Source: Prochloraceae cyanobacterium (GTDB taxonomy: Bacteria > Cyanobacteriota > Cyanobacteriia > Cyanobacteriales > JASJDA01). Taken from it: 64,000 bases of DNA. The position numbers were made by a program, and so were the translations under genes. Location of the stretch: positions 4,000 through 67,999 of the forward strand of contig JASJDA010000031.1 of assembly GCA_030065755.1 (NCBI GenBank). Reading direction: 5' to 3'. Below the pieces are notes generated by a model that saw nothing but the letters and a program-made list of their open reading frames with translations, did not search any database and was not told the DNA's origin. Below, piece by piece: positions 21,325 through 28,479 of this stretch. Each line of letters starts with the position of its first letter. Positions within the stretch are counted from its first letter, which is position 1.

Positions 21325-21791
21325 TAATCCGCAGAAGCCTCACATCTGTACCTGCTAAGGTCAGCGTGAGATGAATGCGTGCGAGTTGACGAAAGTCTTA
21401 TACTCTCGATGCGTAGCAAGTGAGTTTAAGACATGGAGGAAACGAGCAATCAACTTAATTTGAGAAACAGGAAAGTTCATATAACCAATATAATTGCAAG
21501 AGTTCTAGGCGATGTATAATATTTGTAATCCTCAAGATATGAGAATAGCCTCATCGGATTGAACCATTGAAAATGAAATAAACTATAGGGTTGTAACCAG
21601 AAGTCCTAGAAAACTCGGTGGAAGCGTAAAAGTTTATTTCGAGCCTAGGTGAGTAGCATTTGGCAACTACAAGAACTCTGCGGAGGGGCATCTCGTGGAG
21701 TATAAAAAAGCTCGCTTTATATCCTATGCAGAAAGCAGGAGTTGGCGAGAAGCCTACACCGTAATCTCTGATTCGGTGTAGGAGTATGTCA
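21325..21791 (+). mobile_element. 467-bp protein-less derivative of the IS200/IS605-type (tnpB) element family
   Basis: The left end (TAATCCGCAGAAGCCTCAC...GCGTGAGATGAATGCG) and right end (GAAGCC-TACACCG-loop-CGGTGTA-GGAGTATGTCA) parallel the ends of the tnpB element at 57340-57757... in full, 57340-58757. The same decamer precedes both (TTATTTAGCT here, TTATTTATCT there). Deleting exactly 21325-21791 restores the EamA frame (GSYLA|PLIPVV). Confidence 0.55.
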
Positions 21792-21980
21792 CCACTAATT
21801 CCTGTAGTAGCATTAGCGATCGCGTGGCTGTGGCTTGGTGAAATACTTACCCTAATTTCCTTGCTTGGTGGAGCTGTGGTTTTAACTGGCATTCTACTCG
21901 TTAATAAACGTAGAGAGTAGATTGAACTTTAGGGATCCGCGAAGCAGGCAGATCTGAGCGAAAACCTCTTGTAATTTTCC

Positions 21981-22652
21981 TTATTTTTTTTCTAAGATTG
22001 CTTTTAATATTGCTTTTGAGGCTTCAAGTTCTTCTCGCGTTGGTTCGGTTTGTTGCCAACTTTCTCGTTGCTGTAAATTCTCCCACCAACGCTTTACTTT
22101 AGGATATCCATCTAAAGAGATTCCCAATAAAGGTATGGCAGATACTGCTGTACCAGCAACAATATCGGCTAAAGTTAATTGTTCTCCGAAAAAATAGGAA
22201 TGATTTTCATCTAAGTTATCTTCAAAATATTGCAATACTGTCCCTATTTGTTTTTTAGCTAATTCCAGTTTCTTAGCATCTACTGGTAAATCAATTATCT
22301 CCCGCATTATAACAATTGAAGGTGGGGGAAGTTCGTTAACTGTTACCAGTTCTATCTCTCGCATTTTGCCAATATCTTTGGCTTCTTTTGGCACAAACTC
22401 AGGGTTTGGATATTTAGCTTCTAAATAGTCTAAAATTGCTAAAGATTCTATTAGAGTACAATCGTCGTCAATCAAGACTGGGATGTGATGAAATGGATTT
22501 AGTTTTAGAAATTCTGGTTTGAATTGATCCCCGTTTAATTTTAATAAAATTGGTTCGAATTCTAGCTTTTTTTCAAGCAGTGTCACCCATACTCTGCGAG
22601 CATTGACAGATAGACGAGTGTAGTAAAACTTTAACATTGCTAAAAATCTCAA
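21981..22652 (-). CDS. glutathione S-transferase family protein
   Basis: GST N-terminal fold (LKFYYTRLSVNARRVWVTLLEK, HIPVLIDDD..LIESLAILDYL) followed by a C-terminal domain. The probable true start is the second Met at about 22637. Confidence 0.8.
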   Translation of the reverse strand: MRFLAMLKFYYTRLSVNARRVWVTLLEKKLEFEPILLKLNGDQFKPEFLKLNPFHHIPVLIDDDCTLIESLAILDYLEAKYPNPEFVPKEAKDIGKMREIELVTVNELPPPSIVIMREIIDLPVDAKKLELAKKQIGTVLQYFEDNLDENHSYFFGEQLTLADIVAGTAVSAIPLLGISLDGYPKVKRWWENLQQRESWQQTEPTREELEASKAILKAILEKK

Positions 22653-22694
22653 TCGCTAAGTTAACTTTTGAGATTAACTTTATTATTATTCGAG

Positions 22695-23144
22695 TCATAA
22701 TGCAATATGTTCTAGTTTTTCTAGCAGACGATCGAGCGATCGCGTAATTTCTTCTGCACACTGGCGATAACTAGATAGATCGCTACCTTTGGGATTGTTG
22801 ATGTCAGGGTTTTCCTTTTCGCCGACAAACTCTTTCAAGGTAAAAATTTGTTTCCCTATCTCAGGAAACATAGCCAGAAGTATATATTTTTGAGTTTTAG
22901 TCATTGTCAGCACTAAATTGGCCCATTCCATTAATTCTGCATTAATTCTTTGAGATTGATGAGAATAATTAATACCTCTTTCCTCTAAGATAGATTGTAC
23001 GTAAGACAAAATAGGATCCCCGTTCAATGCTGAGACCCCCGCAGATCTAACTTCTATATTTTGATATTTTGCTTGTTCTTTAAACAATGCTTCTGCCATT
23101 GGACTGCGACAAGTATTAGCGCTACAGACAAACAATATTCGCAT
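22695..23144 (-). CDS. low-molecular-weight protein-tyrosine phosphatase family protein
   Basis: An N-terminal CX5R(S) P-loop (ILFVCSANTCRSPMAE) and a length of 149 aa. Confidence 0.85.
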   Translation of the reverse strand: MRILFVCSANTCRSPMAEALFKEQAKYQNIEVRSAGVSALNGDPILSYVQSILEERGINYSHQSQRINAELMEWANLVLTMTKTQKYILLAMFPEIGKQIFTLKEFVGEKENPDINNPKGSDLSSYRQCAEEITRSLDRLLEKLEHIAL

Positions 23145-23158
23145 TTTTCTATAATTTA

Positions 23159-23337
23159 TTAGTAGAAAGACTCAAAGACTCGCGAGGTGAGTACTGTAGC
23201 CTTGCGTTGAATAATTGAAACAATATTATTTGATTCTAACCGATCGAAAGCTCGATCGCGTGTAACTTTGGCTGCTTCAGTTGCTAGACCTCGTCCCCAA
23301 TAATCAGGACTTAGTCGATAGCCAATTTCCTTCACGG
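23159..23337 (-). pseudogene. C-terminal fragment of a RimJ/RimL-type GNAT acetyltransferase
   Basis: The reverse-strand hand translation is PVKEIGYRLSPDYWGRGLATEAAKVTRDRAFDRLESNNIVSIIQRKATVLTSRVFESFY*. It contains the GNAT motif A region (WGRGLATEA). No N-terminal half is present. Confidence 0.5.
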
Positions 23338-23476
23338 GGAGGCAATCTATCCAAAAGGCTTGCTGTGCTTAGCATAAACTGATCTGAGTTGACGGCAAAA
23401 TGTGGCTTTTTTGCCATGCCAGCTTATTGACAATGAATCTACAATCAATTTGACTTCAATTGACTTGAATATATTT

Positions 23477-23851
23477 TCAAGTAAAACGATTTTTCCAAAT
23501 TACACTGAGCATTAAAACATTATTGTTCTTCCAATTAGTACGCACCGCTACGCGGATCTCTTCGAGATCGAGAGCTAAGATTAAAGTTGTTAAAGATGTA
23601 AATTCTTTTTCAATAATTGACTTGATAATAGGGAACCAAAATAAAACAATACTCAAATTAGGTATAACTAAAAATCTTTGCAGATGTTTTCGACGACTTT
23701 TGTACAGTATAGGAAGAGGTAAACAAGCAGCTAATCTTTCAACCCTTACCTGTTTATGTACTTGTAATAGCCAAATTAGTATTTTTAAAGTTTGTATTTG
23801 AGAATCACTTAAATATTTTTGGAATTGTTGTAAAGCTGATTCAGTAAACAT
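23477..23851 (-). pseudogene. N-terminal fragment of an IS4/IS701-like transposase
   Basis: LQTLKILIWLLQVHKQVRVERLAACLPLPILYKSRRKHLQRFL...LFWFPIIK...LALD...NNVLMLSVIWKNR resembles the N-termini of cyanobacterial IS4-type transposases. The ORF stops after 124 aa, and there is no DDE domain downstream. Confidence 0.5.
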
Positions 23852-23876
23852 TTTTTACTGAAGAAATTTATAGATA

Positions 23877-24087
23877 GGGCTTGCTGAAAAAGAAGCGATC
23901 GCCAATCTAGCCGCTACACAGCTTGAAAGATATTAGGTCTGTCGTTTAGTTTTAAAATTCAACCAGGGCGATCGTGACAAAGTGCAAGCTTTTTGGGACT
24001 ATCTAGCTCGAAAACCTTGCACTTATTCGCTCGAAAAATGCGTTGAAAGTATTATCTAGACTGTGTTTCAGTTTTTTCAGCAAGCCC
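23877..24087. mobile_element. MITE copy 2 (211 bp)
   Basis: The TIRs are GGGCTTGCTGAAAAAG ... TTTTTTCAGCAAGCCC. It is flanked by the direct duplication TAGATA (23871-23876 and 24088-24093). An internal HIP1 site and the hairpin GTGCAAG(G/C)TTTT...AAAACCTTGCAC are shared with copy 1. Confidence 0.75.
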
Positions 24088-24229
24088 TAGATAAACTTCT
24101 TCTTTATCACATAATTTATATCATTTCTCAGTGACTCGAAAACAACAATTCATCGCCTACTTAATTTCTCATAATATATAAAACTGATATTTTGTCAAGT
24201 AAATTTAAATGCGTTTACCCTGTCGAGTT

Positions 24230-24755
24230 TTGGAGCAAGTAAAAGATCTTCTATAATACATACAGTCTTTGATGTAGGACTCGCATAGATGAGACAGAAC
24301 AAAAGGGTCAGTAGCGCGTCGAAACCGTGAAGTGACGTCCTCGAAAGTCCATAGCTAGCAAAAAAGCATCTGTACCTTGCAAAAAAGCATCTGTACCTTG
24401 CAAAAAAGCATCTGTACCTTGACAACAGAATCATGGGTTGTGACGAGAAAAAAGCGGATGCGACCCACGCCGAGGTTCCCTCGGTGTGGAAAGCGCACCA
24501 AGCATCTGTCGTTGCGTAAAAGGTTCTCAGTTTCAAGATGAGAGAAATCCAGAATTTCTTGCTTCTGCGGTGGGACATCTCGTAAGAAGTAAAATAAAAT
24601 GCCTGTGGAGACGGTCTGTCGGGGTCAGTGCCTTTGGGAGAATACATATTCGTTTGTACCAAAGTGGGCTAGATAAGAGTCTTTGAGCCAGGAATTTCAA
24701 ATCGTGAGGTTTGAAGCCCCGTCCAAGCGCTAAGCGCAGGTCGGGGAGAATGTCA
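24230..24755 (+). pseudogene. decayed 3' part of a tnpB gene with its right-end (omega-RNA-type) hairpin
   Basis: The frame SICRCVKGSQFQDERNPEFLASAVGH retains a zinc-finger/RuvC-III-like trace. Compare CNQCG...DRDINAGKNILAAGLAV in the intact copy. The 13-mer ATCGTGAGGTTTG (24701-24713) is identical to the one at 58711-58723. It is followed by GAAGCCCCG...CGGGGAGAATGTCA, ending at 24755. Confidence 0.5.
24359..24421. repeat. perfect 21-bp tandem triplication
   Basis: CAAAAAAGCATCTGTACCTTG repeated 3 times, inside the tnpB remnant. A fourth degenerate copy (AAGCATCTGTCGTTG) lies about 75 bp downstream. Confidence 0.9.
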
Positions 24756-26231
24756 CAACACTTCTGCGTCTTTAAACTTCCCTTTTTGATGCGCTTTTGC
24801 AGACTCCCCACAAGTGCGAGGAGTGGGAAATACTTTACCTGGGTTAGCTAAGCCTTTAGGGTTAAAAACCTGGCGCACCCATTTCATAGTTTCTAAGTCA
24901 GTATCGCTAAACATATCGGGCATAAAACAATTTTTATCGGAACCGATACCGTGTTCTCCAGAAATACTTCCTCCTGCTTTAACGCAGAGTTTGAGAATTT
25001 CTCCTCCTATCTCTTCAACTGTTTCTAAGGCTCCTTCGACAGAATTATCGTAAAGAATTAGAGGATGAAGATTTCCGTCACCTGCGTGGAAAACATTAGC
25101 AATCCTATAGCCGTATCGATCGCTTAAAGCATTAATTTCTTTAAGTACGCTGGCTAACTGAGTTCGAGGAATAACCCCATCTTGAACGAAATAATCGGGG
25201 CTAATATGTCCAGCCGCAGCGAAAGCTGCTTTGCGACCTTTCCACATTTTAGAGCGAGTTTCGGGGTCATTTGCTGAGGTAACATTTCTCGCCCCGTTAT
25301 CTCGGCAAATTTCTCCTACTCGCTTTTTATTAGCTGCTACTTCTACCTCTAAACCGTCCAATTCCACAAGTAGAATTGCACCAGCATCGCGAGGATAACA
25401 ACCCGTAGCTACCACATCTTCTACAGCATTGATGCTGAGATTATCCATTATTTCCATGCCAGCGGGAATAATGCCAGAACCAATAATACCAGCAACACTA
25501 ACAGCAGCCTCTTCAATGCTAGAAAAATCAGCCAGGACAACGCAAATTGATTCTGGGGTTTTCAGGATCCGCAGGGTAATTTCTGTAGCAATACCGATAG
25601 TCCCTTCAGAACCGACAAATAAACCAGTTAGGTCATATCCTGGCATTTCTGGAACCATTCCGCCCAAATCGACAATAGAACCGTCGGGAATAACTATTTT
25701 TAAACCGATGACGTGATTAGTAGTTACCCCGTATTTAAGACAGTGAACCCCCCCAGAATTTTCCGCCACATTGCCGCCGATCGAACATATAATTTGACTG
25801 GAAGGATCGGGAGCATAATAAAATCCTGCGCCGCTAACTGCTTGAGTTACCCAATTGTTAATTACTCCAGGCTCAACTGTAATGCGCTGATTTTCTAGGT
25901 CAATATCGAGGATTTTTTTCATCCTAGCAGTGACGATGAGAACGCAATCTTCTACTGGTAAAGCCCCACCAGACAAACCTGTTCCCGCACCTCTAGCAAC
26001 CCATTTAACAGAATTGCGATCGCATATCTTTACTACTTCTGCTACTTGTTCGGTAGTCCGAGGTAATACGACAACGGCGGGACGTTGGCGATAGCTGGTT
26101 AAACCGTCGCATTCGTAAGTGAGTAGTTCTTCTTTGCGTCTTACTACTCCATCTTTTCCAACTACCTTTTCAAATTGTTTGACGATCGGTTTCCACTTAT
26201 TGTCTGTTTTGTTAAAAAAGTTTGCCAGCAT
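24753..26231 (-). CDS. glcD: glycolate oxidase subunit GlcD (FAD-linked oxidase)
   Basis: PCMH-type FAD-binding domain (VVLPRTTEQVAEVV...ARGAGTGLSGGA) and a C-terminal FAD-oxidase domain (GSISGEHGIG). Length 492 aa. Confidence 0.9.
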   Translation of the reverse strand: MLANFFNKTDNKWKPIVKQFEKVVGKDGVVRRKEELLTYECDGLTSYRQRPAVVVLPRTTEQVAEVVKICDRNSVKWVARGAGTGLSGGALPVEDCVLIVTARMKKILDIDLENQRITVEPGVINNWVTQAVSGAGFYYAPDPSSQIICSIGGNVAENSGGVHCLKYGVTTNHVIGLKIVIPDGSIVDLGGMVPEMPGYDLTGLFVGSEGTIGIATEITLRILKTPESICVVLADFSSIEEAAVSVAGIIGSGIIPAGMEIMDNLSINAVEDVVATGCYPRDAGAILLVELDGLEVEVAANKKRVGEICRDNGARNVTSANDPETRSKMWKGRKAAFAAAGHISPDYFVQDGVIPRTQLASVLKEINALSDRYGYRIANVFHAGDGNLHPLILYDNSVEGALETVEEIGGEILKLCVKAGGSISGEHGIGSDKNCFMPDMFSDTDLETMKWVRQVFNPKGLANPGKVFPTPRTCGESAKAHQKGKFKDAEVL

Positions 26232-26280
26232 TATTCTTAGTTATGTATTATTCGTAATCGAACTAAATTAATTATTTCAA

Positions 26281-26697
26281 ATGGTACTTGGAGCGATTAA
26301 TCACGTTGCGCTTACCGTTAGCAATCTCGACAAATCCTTAAAATTTTACCAACCAATTTTGACATTTTTAGGTTACAAAAATACAGAAAATTATCCAGGA
26401 GTAGCTATTTGGGAATCAGAAACTACAGGAAGCGCAGTTAATTTATGGGAAGCCAAACCAGAATTGGTGTCCTACGCCCACAAGCTTTATGCTCCTGGGT
26501 TGCATCATCTAGCATTTAATGCCGATTCGCCAGCCCAGATAGATCGATTTTATCAATTACTTTTGCAAATTGATGCTAAAATTCTCAATCCACCTGCTGA
26601 GTACGATTATGCACCAGGTTACTATGCAGTATTTTTTACCGATCCTGACGGTCTTAAATTAGAATTGGCACACGTACCTGGTTTGAAGGTTGAATAA
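26281..26697 (+). CDS. VOC (glyoxalase/bleomycin-resistance/dioxygenase) family protein
   Basis: INHVALTVSNLDKSLKFY...HHLAF...FFTDPDGLKLEL is a classic VOC fold pattern. Confidence 0.8.
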   Translation: MVLGAINHVALTVSNLDKSLKFYQPILTFLGYKNTENYPGVAIWESETTGSAVNLWEAKPELVSYAHKLYAPGLHHLAFNADSPAQIDRFYQLLLQIDAKILNPPAEYDYAPGYYAVFFTDPDGLKLELAHVPGLKVE

Positions 26698-26740
26698 TTG
26701 TGTATGTATTATTTTAATTGAGTTAAATAGATTGTTTTCA

Positions 26741-26806
26741 ATGGTATTTGGAGCCAGCCACGGGCTTGCGTTTACCATTAGCAATCTAGAAAAATCCTTA
26801 TTGCTT
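26741..26806 (+). pseudogene. relic of a second VOC gene (5' end only)
   Basis: ATGGTATTTGGAGCCAGCCACGGGCTTGCGTTTACCATTAGCAATCTAGAAAAATCCTTA parallels the first 60 nt of the VOC gene at 26281. The peptides are MVFGASHGLAFTISNLEKSL and MVLGAINHVALTVSNLDKSL. After that the sequence degenerates into a GGTAAGGGAG-type repeat. Confidence 0.4.
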
Positions 26807-26910
26807 GAAGGTACGTACAAATTGGGAGGTAAGGGAGATAAGGGAGGTAAAGGAAGACAATTTATTTTCAACTTTATCTACCTCATCTACCCCAACTAAC
26901 CCATCTCCCA

Positions 26911-28041
26911 TTAGTGATGGTGGTGATGGTGGTGGTGAGAATGTTCTCCTTGAGGAGCTTTTGCTTTAGGAGTTACTGGTTCAGGAGACAATAGGGCTTC
27001 GATTTGAGGATTTGCCCAATCAGCAGCCATCTTCAAGAATTCGGTGCGATCGTTAACGCAAGGCATTTGCACGAAAGTTACATCGCGGTTTATAAACTCG
27101 ACTCTATGAATTATATGGTGAACGTCGAGAATAGTTTCGTGATTTTCAGTAGCAAAACCAATTGGCATCATTACGATCGCTTTGGCACCTAAGTCGATTA
27201 GGTTTTGCGCAGCTACTTCTACATTAGGCTGCGTCCATTCAATTAGAGGAGTATCGTGATTTAGCCAACCCACAGAAATTAGAGGATACTTACTAATTAG
27301 TTCTTCTCTGACAAATTCGTAAAGCTTTTGACTTTCATCAATACCGGAAGTGAATCCTTTTGCCTTATGAGGACAGCCGTGATTCATCAGTATAATACCA
27401 ATCTGAGAAGGTAAATATTTTGCAGCTAGATCGGCAGCAATTTTTTCCTCTACTATCTGCGCCAGCAATTTAATGTATGCTGGTTCGTTATAGAAAGAAG
27501 GAATGTAGCGCGTACCTTTTAGCCAATGCTCGTCGCCTTCTGCTAATTTAGTCAAAGCGCCGTTAACTTGCTCGACTGCAATGCCGCTTGTAAATATAGA
27601 ATCTACTACCAATAAGGGGTAAATGAGAAGTTTGTCAAATCCTTGAGCTTTAATTTCAGCAATGACTTGGTCGGGAAGAAAGGGCGCGCAGAAGTTAAAT
27701 GCTTTAAATACTTTAACCTTATCGCCCCATTTTTCTTGCAATTGTTTTTCAATTCCCGATCGCTGGTCTTCGAAAATTTTATTGTGAGGGGAGATGAAAT
27801 TGTTATGTTGGTGTCCCCATTCGTGAAAGTCAAATATTGCTAGAAGCTTAGCTAAAGGGGGATAAATCCAGTTAGGTACTGGGGCAAATTTAGCTGTGAG
27901 GAGATTTAAAGCTTGTTCGTTATAGTTTGCAAAATCCTCGTAGCTTTCTACTTCGCCGTATCCCATTAATAATACTGCTACGCGGTCTTTTCCGCCTTCT
28001 GTTTCTGATGCTTGTTGTTTTTGTTCTGGAGTAGCAACCAC
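26911..28041 (-). CDS. class II chelatase (ferrochelatase/CbiX-like) with a C-terminal HSHHHHHHHH tail
   Basis: VAVLLMGYGEVESYEDF and two alpha/beta lobes with histidines (MNHGCPH, ATENHETI) resemble ferrochelatase/CbiX-type chelatases. The tail is encoded by mixed CAC/CAT codons just before the stop. Confidence 0.55.
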   Translation of the reverse strand: MVATPEQKQQASETEGGKDRVAVLLMGYGEVESYEDFANYNEQALNLLTAKFAPVPNWIYPPLAKLLAIFDFHEWGHQHNNFISPHNKIFEDQRSGIEKQLQEKWGDKVKVFKAFNFCAPFLPDQVIAEIKAQGFDKLLIYPLLVVDSIFTSGIAVEQVNGALTKLAEGDEHWLKGTRYIPSFYNEPAYIKLLAQIVEEKIAADLAAKYLPSQIGIILMNHGCPHKAKGFTSGIDESQKLYEFVREELISKYPLISVGWLNHDTPLIEWTQPNVEVAAQNLIDLGAKAIVMMPIGFATENHETILDVHHIIHRVEFINRDVTFVQMPCVNDRTEFLKMAADWANPQIEALLSPEPVTPKAKAPQGEHSHHHHHHHH

Positions 28042-28479
28042 TTTACCCTCTTACCAACAATTGTAAATTTAATTGCTCGGATACTCAGGATGGATACTGA
28101 ATACCGCGATAAGCGGAGCAAGGCTTGAGGTTTATCGCATCTTCTAGGCTAACATCCCTATGGGGGGTAGGGGGATATTTTGATAAATTGTTTTTCAAAG
28201 AGGGTTCGAGCCGAAATATGTTATCGTTAATGCCTTATTTCTTATGGTTGAATAGGATGGTCTAATTCATGTTCGCTTCTGCTCAAAAGCTTTTGGGCTT
28301 TTTCGCGATCGTCCGCCAAGCAACAAAAAACAAAGGGAGTAGTAATTCTAGAGTTGTTTTTGTAGCGTTTAACGACAAGAGAGAAGGTAACTTTCGGGAA
28401 GCTCTCAACCTCAAATTAATAATTCGTTTCAACGGATCGTAGCGAAATTCGCTACGATCGAAGTTAGAGGATTATTATC

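Larger units (their letters stand above)
20762..21920 (+). pseudogene. EamA/DMT-family transporter pseudogene (5'-degraded, MITE insertion, frameshift, second insertion)
   Basis: The readable pieces are ...GVGIISLSSGVGLQISWGVVLISIATLSTSLYSVMQKPLLVK | KYSPIQFTSYAI (then a frameshift) ...AIDALFAPTLAVIYMGVFPGVIAYIAWSYVLSQIPASQAGSYLA | [42 protein letters not shown]. These are typical EamA C-terminal-half motifs. Confidence 0.75.

Noticed and set aside
21379-21791. Possible ORF-less group II intron in the EamA gene (GTGCG at 21379-21383, the element ends in ...AT)
   Set aside because: I could not find a domain V-like 34-nt hairpin with an AGC triad, or a domain VI with a bulged A. The GTGCG lies about 55 nt inside the insertion, leaving non-gene sequence with a stop codon in the 'exon'. 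The ends match the tnpB element family instead.
21551-21892. 113-aa minus-strand ORF
   Set aside because: It spans the junction between the inserted element and the EamA pseudogene and lies antisense to the readable EamA frame. It has no motif.
24195-24811. Minus-strand ORFs of 155 aa and 92 aa downstream of glcD
   Set aside because: They are generated by the tnpB relic. The RYRCFFA x3 segment is simply the 21-bp triplication read in frame.
26911-26945. His8 stretch as an engineered His-tag or vector contamination
   Set aside because: It is preceded by native-looking GEHS and uses mixed CAC/CAT codons. It sits in an ordinary chromosomal context with no vector sequence. His-rich tails are natural in metal-handling proteins.
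28042-28479. Cobalamin (or NiCo) riboswitch upstream of the chelatase; the same was looked for upstream of cobH (63413-63600), cbiD and cobK
   Set aside because: No B12-box-like element (AGYCMGG..GCC core) or the conserved GGTGAAAATCC-type region could be recognised on either strand. The cobH upstream region is almost pure A/T.
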